A DNA stretch of 64,000 nt from an uncultured Methanolinea sp. (GTDB lineage Archaea; Halobacteriota; Methanomicrobia; Methanomicrobiales; Methanospirillaceae), in contig CAZRCH010000003.1 in assembly GCA_964598545.1 (NCBI GenBank), forward strand, positions 1,145 through 65,144, in the 5' to 3' direction. Shown piece after piece: positions 55,853-64,000 of the stretch. A model generated the notes under the pieces. The model searched no databases and was not told where the DNA came from. It saw only the letters and a list, made by a program, of their open reading frames with translations. The position numbers were made by a program, and so were the translations under genes. The number at the start of each line of letters is the position of its first letter. Positions within the stretch are counted from its first letter, which is position 1.

Positions 55853-56338
55853 ATGTTTAATCCCGGACCGAGAGGATCCGACCGGGTGGGAAAGCTCATG
55901 GGATGGGAGTACGAGATTACCCAGCGGGGGACTCTCATTATCGGAGCAGTCCTGGCGGTGATCCTTATCATCGTCGCATCGATCTTCGTGTTTGGTGCCG
56001 TTTGGGTCACAGTACTGGTAATTGGCATCATGATCCTTGCACTCGCAATCTTCTCGACGCTGACGGTGTCGGTGCGACAGGATGCGCTGCGGATCTGGTT
56101 TGGGCCTATACGGCTGATCAAGAAGAGCTGGCCAATATCTGATATAGCCACAGTGACGACGGTCACCAACCCCTGGTACTATGGTTGGGGCATCCGCTGG
56201 ACTCCACATGGCCCGCTCTACAATGTTGCAGGGTTCCAGGCAGTGGAGGTGACGCTGGTCTCGGGAAAGAAGTTCAGGATTGGGACTGATCAGCCGGAAG
56301 AACTTAAACGCGCGATCGAGAAGGCGCAGTATGGCTGA
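55853..56338 (+). CDS. hypothetical membrane protein (2 TM + small soluble domain)
   Basis: In-frame ATGs at 55853 and 55898. Two TM helices, then WFGPIRLIKKSWPISDI... The track ORF start at 55634 overlaps the PreA-like gene and is unlikely. Confidence 0.5.
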   Translation: MFNPGPRGSDRVGKLMGWEYEITQRGTLIIGAVLAVILIIVASIFVFGAVWVTVLVIGIMILALAIFSTLTVSVRQDALRIWFGPIRLIKKSWPISDIATVTTVTNPWYYGWGIRWTPHGPLYNVAGFQAVEVTLVSGKKFRIGTDQPEELKRAIEKAQYG

Positions 56339-56419
56339 CATTGTTACGGCTGACCGGCAGAGATGATATCGCAGCCTTTTAAGCCTTTATAGTCAGAATC
56401 CTGTTCCAGAGACCTGTCC

Positions 56420-56857
56420 ATGCGAACCATTCGTTCCGAAATCCGGATTAGCGCACCTGATGATGTTGTATGGAAAGCCCTCCTCGCATCGAATGCTATT
56501 TCTCCGGAGATTGGGGATGCTGTTCACGAAATGAGGATTGGACAGCCTTTCAGGGTCGTGATGCGCAGCGGAGGAAGGAACATGGCCCTGACGGTGACGC
56601 TCCTCGCCGCAACCCCATTCCGGCACATCCGTTGGAAAGGATGCCTCTGGATTCCGGGACTCTTTGATGGTGAACACCATTTTGAGATAAGCGAGGAATC
56701 CAGAGAGTGTTCCCGGCTAACCCAGCACGAAAAATTCTCCGGGATACTCGTTCCATTTCTCTCTCGCACAATTAATCAGACAAAGGAGAAGTTCGAAGAG
56801 GTGAATGCAGCCGTTAAATCCCTGGCAGAACAGGAATATGCACGAAGGAAACCATAA
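56420..56857 (+). CDS. SRPBCC (START/Bet v1-like) superfamily protein
   Basis: 145 aa. The I.I.AP.D.VW..L start and overall length fit polyketide-cyclase/SRPBCC-like proteins. Confidence 0.6.
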   Translation: MRTIRSEIRISAPDDVVWKALLASNAISPEIGDAVHEMRIGQPFRVVMRSGGRNMALTVTLLAATPFRHIRWKGCLWIPGLFDGEHHFEISEESRECSRLTQHEKFSGILVPFLSRTINQTKEKFEEVNAAVKSLAEQEYARRKP

Positions 56858-57075
56858 GTGGTCTTTTGGTTTGTTCCACCGTATCTTTAGAGAGCACCCA
56901 TCTTTCCATCCCAAAATTATTTCCTTTTGACCGCGAGCGTTTTCCGCCAAGGAATCCCGAATGGGGCAAAGACGGATCGCATCCAGACCATATCCGGCCT
57001 CTTCTCCACCAGGGTCTATCCCCCCAACAAGAGACATGTTTATTTCCCTTTATCGTATATGCAATACTTGGCATC

Positions 57076-57567
57076 ATGGCGGGCAGTCATTACCGGGGTA
57101 ACGCAGTCGAAGACCCCGTGGTCTGGAAGAGCTCGGGGAACAAGTTCTTCAAGAAAGGACTCTACGGGATTGCACTCAGGTTCTATGCAAGGGCGATCCA
57201 GCTGAACCCCGACTTCATCGAGGCATGGAACAATATCGGGCTCTCATTTCTGAAACTGGGAAGGGTCGATGAGGCGAGACGGTGCAATGAGAAAGTGAGG
57301 GAGCTGAGGATGAGATCGGGCAATCCTCTCGACCCGGTAGGCAGAGCCACCCGGGTTCGCACCGCCGCATCAGGTTCTCTCCTCAACGACAATTTCTGGT
57401 ATGCGTTATGCATCGCGGTCCTGGTTGGGATCAGCCTCACCATCCTGACGTTTGATCCCGGCTCCACAGGTCCATTCCAGGCGCTTGCGTTCATCTGGGG
57501 ATTATCCCTGGTGTGGTTTGTAATCGCTTTCCTGCTCCTCCAGTATGTTTTTCATCGCCCGAAATAG
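57076..57567 (+). CDS. TPR-repeat protein with C-terminal TM helices
   Basis: GIALRFYARAIQLNPDFIEAWNNIGLSFLKLGRVDEARRC is a canonical TPR pair. The C-terminus has two hydrophobic segments. Confidence 0.65.
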   Translation: MAGSHYRGNAVEDPVVWKSSGNKFFKKGLYGIALRFYARAIQLNPDFIEAWNNIGLSFLKLGRVDEARRCNEKVRELRMRSGNPLDPVGRATRVRTAASGSLLNDNFWYALCIAVLVGISLTILTFDPGSTGPFQALAFIWGLSLVWFVIAFLLLQYVFHRPK

Positions 57568-57779
57568 CGAGGATCATGACTTCGCCATAGTCCGGCATCC
57601 CTCCGCCTCCTGTTGGTGCACTAAAAAGAACGCATCAACAGTGTGTTCCCCTGATTTGAACCTATCAAGATTGTGGTGCGAATAACGGCCTCTGGAATTA
57701 TGCACGGGACTGCCCAATCACCACTGGATAGGGATGAATACCCCCGCCATCCTGTGATATATCGAGGGAGGAACAAAAA

Positions 57780-58412
57780 TTGAGAGAGAACGGTTGGAAG
57801 GTTGCAAATGACTACGACAAAGAGGCAGCCGCAATCGGCTGGGATGCCCCTGCAATCGTGTATACACTCGCATTGCCGTATACCCGCCCAGGACAGGAGA
57901 TAATCGATATCGGCATCGGCACCGGGCTTGGTTCCGAATTATTCCATTACGCCGGCATGTGCGTGGTCGGCCTGGACATCTCCGAGGAGATGCTCGACGC
58001 ATGCCGTGCCAAGGGCTGCGCAGAACGCCTTGTCCGTCATGATCTCACCGTATTCCCGTATCCTTTCGAGGATGGTTCTTTCGACCATGCGGTCTCAACG
58101 GGGGTATTCCAGTTCTTCGAAAACCTCGCGCCGATATTTCAGGAAGTGAACCGCATTCTGAAGAGCGGCGGGATTTTTGTGTTCGTGACCGGCGACCGGC
58201 GCCAGGATGAGGATGCTGCAGCAGTTGTCCCTCCCGAACATTCCCGAACAACGGCGTCCGTCAGGATGTATCGCCATTCATCCCTGGAAGTTCATCCCTG
58301 GCTGGAAGAATCCGGTTTCCACCTTTTTGAAACCCGCGAATTTTCGGTCTGGATTGACACCACCAGATCAGGTCTTTTCTTTTTGCGTGCGTACCTTGCG
58401 TGCAAATCCTGA
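57780..58412 (+). CDS. class I SAM-dependent methyltransferase
   Basis: Motif I IIDIGIGTGLG and post-I/II spacing. TTG start as given in the track. Confidence 0.7.
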   Translation: MRENGWKVANDYDKEAAAIGWDAPAIVYTLALPYTRPGQEIIDIGIGTGLGSELFHYAGMCVVGLDISEEMLDACRAKGCAERLVRHDLTVFPYPFEDGSFDHAVSTGVFQFFENLAPIFQEVNRILKSGGIFVFVTGDRRQDEDAAAVVPPEHSRTTASVRMYRHSSLEVHPWLEESGFHLFETREFSVWIDTTRSGLFFLRAYLACKS

Positions 58413-58584
58413 AGGCCGGGATTATTGTTTTTCTCTGACTACCTGGCAGGTTAGGCCGCAGGAATTTTTCACAATAATGTGAGCCCAGGTGAGAACCGCC
58501 TCTTTCCCGGGACTGTTTCTAAACCCTTATCTTGTCTGTCTTTAAATACCTGACACGGTGAAGGGCAGGGGTCGTGCCCATTCC

Positions 58585-59538
58585 ATGCATGCCATTGAGG
58601 TGAAAGGTCTCGAGAAACGGTTCGGCGAGATCCTCGCGCTCGACCGCGTCAGTTTCACCGTTGAGACAGGAGAGGTCTTCGGCTATCTCGGCCCAAACGG
58701 TGCAGGCAAGACTACCACGATCCGAATCCTGACAGGAATCACCGCTCCTACGGGGGGGTCCGCCACCATCTTTGGATGGGACATTGTCAGGGACACGATA
58801 CGCGCGAGAAGGAAAATGGGGATCGTATACGAGACCTCGAACGTCTACGACGACATCAACGCCTGGCAGAACATGATGTTTGCAGGGGAGCTCTACCATG
58901 TCGGAAGGATCGATCGCGAAGAACGAGGCAAAGAACTTCTTGAGATCTTCGGCCTCTGGGACCGCCGTGCGAGCAGGGTAAAGGGATTTTCGAAGGGGAT
59001 GAAGCGGCGCCTCACCCTTGCGATGGGCCTCATCAATGACCCGACGCTCCTCTTCCTCGACGAACCGACCTCCGGTCTTGATGTCCAGAGCAACCTGATC
59101 ATCCGCGACGTGCTCCACTCTCTGACAGAACGGGGGGTGACCGTCTTTTTGACCACGCACAATATCGAGGAGGCAAACCAGACCTGCGACAGGGTCGCAA
59201 TCATCAACAGGGGCCAAATCGCGGCGATCGATTCTCCCGAGCGTCTGAAGAAGACCATCCAGAGCGTCCAGTCTGTCGAGGTGGCATTTGAGGGAGGAGG
59301 TGCACGAGCGCTCTCCGAACTTGCGGGCCTGCCGATGGTGAGCGAGGGGAGGAAAGTCGGGGACAAGGTACGGTTCTACACGGAAGACCCGGGAGGCCTT
59401 CTCCGTGAGATCGTCTCCTACGCGGATTCCCATCAGGACCGGGTGGTGAGCGCTACGACATTCGGACCCACGCTTGAGGACGTTTTCATACGACTGACGG
59501 GCCTCAGGCGCCCGAAAAACGGAGTGGAAGAGCAGTGA
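58585..59538 (+). CDS. ABC transporter ATP-binding protein (ABC-2/DrrA-like)
   Basis: Walker A GPNGAGKTT, signature FSKGMKRRL, Walker B LLFLDEPTSGLD, H-loop TTHN. The long antisense ORF 58519..59598 is rejected. Confidence 0.88.
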   Translation: MHAIEVKGLEKRFGEILALDRVSFTVETGEVFGYLGPNGAGKTTTIRILTGITAPTGGSATIFGWDIVRDTIRARRKMGIVYETSNVYDDINAWQNMMFAGELYHVGRIDREERGKELLEIFGLWDRRASRVKGFSKGMKRRLTLAMGLINDPTLLFLDEPTSGLDVQSNLIIRDVLHSLTERGVTVFLTTHNIEEANQTCDRVAIINRGQIAAIDSPERLKKTIQSVQSVEVAFEGGGARALSELAGLPMVSEGRKVGDKVRFYTEDPGGLLREIVSYADSHQDRVVSATTFGPTLEDVFIRLTGLRRPKNGVEEQ

Positions 59539-60293
59539 ATACGGGCTTTGACAGGAACCAGCTCGCTGCTGAGGCGGTTGCTGCCTGGGCGATTGCAAAG
59601 AAGGACATGATCATTTATTACCTGAAGCCAAACATCATCATCGCCGGGCTCCTCTTTCCCCTCTTCATGTTCCTCGCGTTCGCAGCCGGAAAGAACGTCC
59701 TGCTCGGCGCCCTTATACCGGGCCTCATCTCGGTGACCATCCTCTTCTCCTCATCCTCAATCGAGCCGGTATCCATCCCGATCGAGCGGAGGACGAAGAC
59801 GTTCGAGCGTCTCCTCTCGGCTCCGGTCTCTCTTCACGCCATCGTCGTCGGGGAGAGCCTCTCCGGGTTCCTGTACAGCATCGGCATCGCGCTCCTCCCC
59901 CTCATCGTGGGGATTATCGCGTTTGGGAACACCATATCCTCTCCCCTTGCGCTCATGGCAGGAATGCTCCTCTCCGCGCTCTGCTTCTCCACCATGGGGA
60001 CACTGTTTGCCGCCTATCCGACCGAGAGCCCCGGAGACATCATGTCGATGCTGAACCTCGTCCGCCTCCCGCTCATCTTTATCTCTGGGACATTCATCCC
60101 CCTCGACGCCATGCCACCTGCCGGTATGGCAATTGCATACATCTCCCCACTTACCTACGGCAATGACCTCATCCAGTGCGCCTACGGGAACCCGGCATCA
60201 TTTGACCCCCTCATTGACGTGGCAATGCTCGTGTGCTTCTTCGTGATATTCCAGCTCATCGCCCACCGGCTGTATGCGCACTTCAACGAATGA
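59535..60293 (+). CDS. ABC-2 type transporter permease
   Basis: 252 aa with six TM segments. The GTG start overlaps the ATPase stop. Confidence 0.8.
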   Translation: MNTGFDRNQLAAEAVAAWAIAKKDMIIYYLKPNIIIAGLLFPLFMFLAFAAGKNVLLGALIPGLISVTILFSSSSIEPVSIPIERRTKTFERLLSAPVSLHAIVVGESLSGFLYSIGIALLPLIVGIIAFGNTISSPLALMAGMLLSALCFSTMGTLFAAYPTESPGDIMSMLNLVRLPLIFISGTFIPLDAMPPAGMAIAYISPLTYGNDLIQCAYGNPASFDPLIDVAMLVCFFVIFQLIAHRLYAHFNE

Positions 60294-60560
60294 GAAACGG
60301 TTCACCAGAAGCCCTCCGAAGGGCGTCCCGGCGACAGTTCAAAAACATTCGTATTGGCGCAAAAAAAATTATCAGTGGATATTTACAAAACAGCAAGAAA
60401 CCCGCCTCACTGAATGGGATCATCCATATAGTTCGAAAAAATGCGGGTGGCCTGATTGCCCCTATACCCTTATGACTCCGGATGAATCATCCAGGACGCA
60501 AATACCATCCCGGTGCGGGAATACTCATCTCGGGTTCAAACTTCCAGATACATCGGGGGG

Positions 60561-60821
60561 TCAGTCCCGGCTTACCGTGCCGCCGCCAGCCCGGACGGCT
60601 TCCTCGATGGCGGTGAGAAGCTCTTCATCCGCGAGCGCAAAATCCAGGAAATCATACTTGTTCACCAGTGCGATGGGCTTGAGGATGGCAACCGGCCTCT
60701 TCCCATCGGTCTCTCCCTTGTAATCCTTTGGTACCAATGTGATCGTATCGTCAGCCCACACTGCGATATTTCCGTGTCCGGCCTCGTCCCAGAGTCTCTT
60801 CACGATATCCTGTGTTTTCAT
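60561..60821 (-). CDS. hypothetical small protein
   Basis: 86-aa ORF with coding-like composition. No family recognised. Confidence 0.4.
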   Translation of the reverse strand: MKTQDIVKRLWDEAGHGNIAVWADDTITLVPKDYKGETDGKRPVAILKPIALVNKYDFLDFALADEELLTAIEEAVRAGGGTVSRD

Positions 60822-60929
60822 TCCATGTCACTCCTTTTGCCTGGAACAGGATATGAACTGCAGTGTATTTAACCGGGATTGATATGGCATTGAAAGAGAT
60901 CGACAAGGGCAAACGTTCTGAGATGATAC

Positions 60930-61694
60930 ATGTACCCGAATATGCCTCTTCCACTTGATGCTGCAATCAGCTCTCTCGCTTTCTCGATGGGGGCCGACTT
61001 TTACGGGGTTGCGGATCTTGGTCCGGCCAGGGACTTTGTCTCCAGGCAGGGTGGCGAACGCATTGCCAGGTATCCCATTGTCGTAGCGGTCGGAATCCAG
61101 CTGTCAGATGACCTCGTTAACCTTCTGCCGGACAAAGATCATGAGGGTGCGATCCTCTACCTGCACAACGGCTACGAGGTCACAAACCAGTTACTCGACC
61201 AGATCGCGGTTCGCCTGGCAGGCGTTCTCCAACGAGAAGGCCACCATGCATTTCCTGTTCCTGCATCCAGGCGTATAAATGACGAAGAAATACGTGCGGT
61301 CTTCTCGCACAAGATTGCCGCTCACCTCGCGGGTCTCGGGTGGATAGGAAAGAGCTGCCTCCTTGTCACACCGGATCACGGTCCCCGTGTCAGGTGGGTG
61401 AGCGTACTCACCGATGCGCCTCTCACGCCTTCCGGGTCGCCGATGACCTCACGCTGCGGCGATTGCACGGCATGTGTCGATATCTGCCCTCAGCAGGCCT
61501 TCACGGGGCGAATGTTCGAGCCGGAAGAGCCCCGGGAGGCGCGGTTCGATGCTGCGGCATGCGACAGGTATTTTGCGGAACTGCAAGAGTCAGGCGGAGA
61601 TGCGGTCTGCGGGCTGTGCCTGTATATTTGCCCGTATGGAAAAAGGAAGGCGCCAGCGCGTCCTGGTATCAAAGAAAGCCCGGGATCTGTCTAA
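60930..61694 (+). CDS. 4Fe-4S double-cluster protein, epoxyqueuosine reductase (QueG)-like
   Basis: HKIAAHLAGLGWIGKSCLL, CGDCTACVDICP and CGLCLYICPYG. Confidence 0.6.
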   Translation: MYPNMPLPLDAAISSLAFSMGADFYGVADLGPARDFVSRQGGERIARYPIVVAVGIQLSDDLVNLLPDKDHEGAILYLHNGYEVTNQLLDQIAVRLAGVLQREGHHAFPVPASRRINDEEIRAVFSHKIAAHLAGLGWIGKSCLLVTPDHGPRVRWVSVLTDAPLTPSGSPMTSRCGDCTACVDICPQQAFTGRMFEPEEPREARFDAAACDRYFAELQESGGDAVCGLCLYICPYGKRKAPARPGIKESPGSV

Positions 61695-61936
61695 ATATTG
61701 GATATCCCCTTTCAGGAGATTATAGGCACCATGCCGGGATGGATCTCCTCCAATTTTTTTGCACATGGCAGGTCATTTCTTCGAACTAATAACCCCAACC
61801 TAAATTCCCCTCGTAACTCGCATGCAAAAACAATCCAGTCAGGGAGAGAGGCATCCACTGATAGAAAGGCCTTGTCCTATGATGTATGGTCTTCAATCTC
61901 AAAATTTATATAATCGGTATGCCATTTCTTTCTCTC

Positions 61937-62239
61937 ATGAGAAAGAATACATACTTCATTGCAGCCTTCCTGCTGGCAGTCGCGGTTCTCGTGGCTCCTG
62001 TGGCAGCCGGATTCATCGTCCCGGCGAAGAGCAACCTGCCTCAAATCTCTGCGCCGAGGACTTTTCTGTCCGGCTTTGACGTGAAGGACTCTTCGACATT
62101 CCACCAGTTCCAGGTGCAGATCCAGGGAATGAACCTGACACCCCCACCCATACCTCAGATGTCCCTGAAATCAAATGATGGGAAATGGGACTATAACTGG
62201 GGAACCGCACGGTTTAACCCCGGCGGTTATTGGCTATAA
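61937..62239 (+). CDS. hypothetical secreted protein
   Basis: MRKNTYFIAAFLLAVAVLVAPVAAG signal-like N-terminus. Confidence 0.45.
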   Translation: MRKNTYFIAAFLLAVAVLVAPVAAGFIVPAKSNLPQISAPRTFLSGFDVKDSSTFHQFQVQIQGMNLTPPPIPQMSLKSNDGKWDYNWGTARFNPGGYWL

Positions 62240-62462
62240 GGATGGGATACCAGTGCAGAGATTAAGAACTGTCTCTTTTTTTTCTTAAACGTTGGGAATT
62301 CGGACACGTCATCGCGAATGTCGGTTTAATGCAACTTCTCTAAAAAATTTCCGCATGACTCCTGTTCTCAACAATAAGGAATATTCCGGAGGGTCGTGAA
62401 CAGCTATAATTCCATATAATAGGGATATGGTTTATCTCTTTTCACATCGGAATCCACGAATA

Positions 62463-62897
62463 ATGAAAACAATTCTCTATGCGGGTATTCTTGTGATACT
62501 GGCGATACTCATCTGTGGATGCACAACTACGCCACCCCCTGAAGAAAAACCCCTGATGACACCAAAGATTCCGAACATCCTTGGCAACTGGTCCGGTAAT
62601 ATGACTGGATATGTGGATGGCCAGGGATTTACTGACTATTCCGGCACGCAAATAACGATGGTGGTCACAGACCAGAAAGACCGGATATTCACGGGAAAAT
62701 TCGTATACACAGAAGTAACCTGGGAGCCCACGAGTTTTGCAGGTGTGATCGGCCCAGACGGGATGACCCTCACCATCGTCGAACAGGAGGGGGGATACAA
62801 TTTTGGCACATTTATCAGCCCGGATGAGATCGATCTGGTGTATGCGGATAATCGCGAACCTTTCAATGTTGCGATCGATTCTCTCCGGAGGGATTGA
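62463..62897 (+). CDS. hypothetical lipoprotein-like protein
   Basis: MKTILYAGILVILAILICGC signal/lipobox-like N-terminus, then a beta-rich domain. Confidence 0.5.
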   Translation: MKTILYAGILVILAILICGCTTTPPPEEKPLMTPKIPNILGNWSGNMTGYVDGQGFTDYSGTQITMVVTDQKDRIFTGKFVYTEVTWEPTSFAGVIGPDGMTLTIVEQEGGYNFGTFISPDEIDLVYADNREPFNVAIDSLRRD

Positions 62898-63058
62898 AAA
62901 ATCCATCGCTTTTTTTAAAAAAAGACGCACATCCGTCATTCTTTCCCGGATTTCTGCATCCTTTTATGCATAGCGATGGCTGACAATACCCAACTCTCCC
63001 TTTCTGATAACAAAATGCCTTGACGGTGAGTGATTGCCGGGAAATGCAGGGGGAGATG

Positions 63059-63721
63059 TTATGCCTTCACCGCGGTGAGATAGAGTCCTGAAAATCCCCC
63101 AGGATGAGCCGGATCCCGTACCTGTTCTCTTGTCTGAACTAAAAATCCTCCACGACTGACAAGGTCGCACAGCGACCTTTCCGTATACAGGACAGTGCCC
63201 GGCTGCCTGAATCGCCCAAACACTCTTTTATTGCGAAGGACAGTGCGCAGGATATCTGATATTCGGAGACCATCTGTGACAGGAGTGACTATGAGAAGCC
63301 TTCCGCCAGGGGTAAGGATGCGGTACATCTCGGCAAGGGTCGCCGGGCCGTCAACCATGTGGAAGGTAAGACCAAAAAAAGCAGTATCAAAGGACGAGGA
63401 AGGAAAGGTAGTCTTTTCGCAGTTCTCTCTCTGCACTGTCACCGTGGGAAAGCCGAGGATCCGCTTCCGCGTCCGTTCGAGCATCTCTTCGACAATGTCG
63501 GTCGCAACCACACTCCCAGCCACCTCTGCAAGGAGCGATGTATAATAGCCGGTACCGCAGCCGAACTCTGCGGTCCTGCCAAGGTTTGACTCCCGCTTCA
63601 AGGCTTCCAGGAGGATCTGCCGCATGGAATTCCCAAAAACGTAATCTATTCCATCATCGTAGACGCTGGCCGCATGAGCCCAGAATCTCTCCGCATCAGC
63701 CATAAGTGAAATAATTGACAC
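63059..63721 (-). CDS. class I SAM-dependent methyltransferase
   Basis: Motif I AEFGCGTGYYT, then LTPGGRLLIV. Confidence 0.75.
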   Translation of the reverse strand: MSIISLMADAERFWAHAASVYDDGIDYVFGNSMRQILLEALKRESNLGRTAEFGCGTGYYTSLLAEVAGSVVATDIVEEMLERTRKRILGFPTVTVQRENCEKTTFPSSSFDTAFFGLTFHMVDGPATLAEMYRILTPGGRLLIVTPVTDGLRISDILRTVLRNKRVFGRFRQPGTVLYTERSLCDLVSRGGFLVQTREQVRDPAHPGGFSGLYLTAVKA

Positions 63722-63860
63722 AAATGATCTTGAATTTTATGAAAAAACCCGGTTGGGAATACTCCCCTGGTCCTCCTGAAATCACATAGTCCGACAGCAT
63801 ATTTATCATGTATTTCATACAAATATGATTGAGTGATAAATATGAGGGGAATGATAAATC

Positions 63861-64000
63861 ATGTTTGAAAGCGGCCATGAAGGGAAGCATATCTTCGGTA
63901 CCGTAAAGGTGGGCGAAAGGGGACAGATCGTCATCCCAAAGAAAGCCCGGGAGATCTTCTCGATCCAACCCGGTGATACGCTCCTTGTCCTGGGAGACGA
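63861..64000 (+). CDS. AbrB/MazE/SpoVT-family DNA-binding protein (3' end truncated by the window)
   Basis: GTVKVGERGQIVIPKKAREIFSIQPGDTLLVLGD is the swapped-hairpin AbrB motif. Confidence 0.65.
   Translation, partial: MFESGHEGKHIFGTVKVGERGQIVIPKKAREIFSIQPGDTLLVLGD

Noticed and set aside
58519-59598. 359-aa minus-strand ORF
   Set aside because: It is fully antisense to the ABC ATPase, which has unmistakable Walker A/B and signature motifs. GC-rich shadow ORF.
1-64000. CRISPR arrays, rRNA and tRNA genes
   Set aside because: I saw no regularly spaced direct repeats and no T-loop/acceptor-stem-like signatures on reading through the intergenic regions. A tRNAscan/Infernal run would be needed to exclude them formally.

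Overview
The window looks like chromosomal DNA from a GC-rich methanogenic archaeon, probably Methanomicrobia. That call is an inference from gene content: SepCysS, DUF2150/DUF5814-type methanogen proteins, a DUF1724 (FilR1-like) regulator, tungsten-type AOR and archaeal Mre11/Rad50/NurA/HerA. Most of it is tightly packed housekeeping and accessory genes, often with 4-nt ATGA/GTGA overlaps. From left to right these are a complete mre11-rad50-nurA-herA break-repair operon, SepCysS, GATase/Dph6-like, MFS, DUF1848, a NERD fusion protein, ThiI, Usp, a Na/Pi transporter, SPFH, Trm5-like, UbiA, UDG4, MarC, and later AI-2E, GNATs, MscS, AlkD-like, AOR, MBL, PreA-like, ABC-2 and methyltransferases. 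By eye I found no rRNA, tRNA, CRISPR array, transposase or integrase. The standout is a loosely packed, compositionally heterogeneous, partly very AT-rich island at about 28.9-42.85 kb. It carries a radical-SAM/SPASM peptide-maturation cassette: two PqqE-like rSAM-SPASM enzymes, a stand-alone PqqD, a P-loop HprK-like protein, a TM-less Sec11/S26-type peptidase and a PF14907-like nucleotidyltransferase. Next to it lie a 56-aa Gly/Cys-rich ORF (35251-35421) that is too short for the supplied ORF track, a stand-alone adenylation-thiolation-thioesterase protein, an Sfp-type PPTase and an ABC exporter. I read this as a candidate, apparently uncharacterised, archaeal RiPP pathway (SynChlorMet-like), possibly hybridised with carrier-protein acyl chemistry. 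All family assignments come from motif recognition and memory, not database searches.
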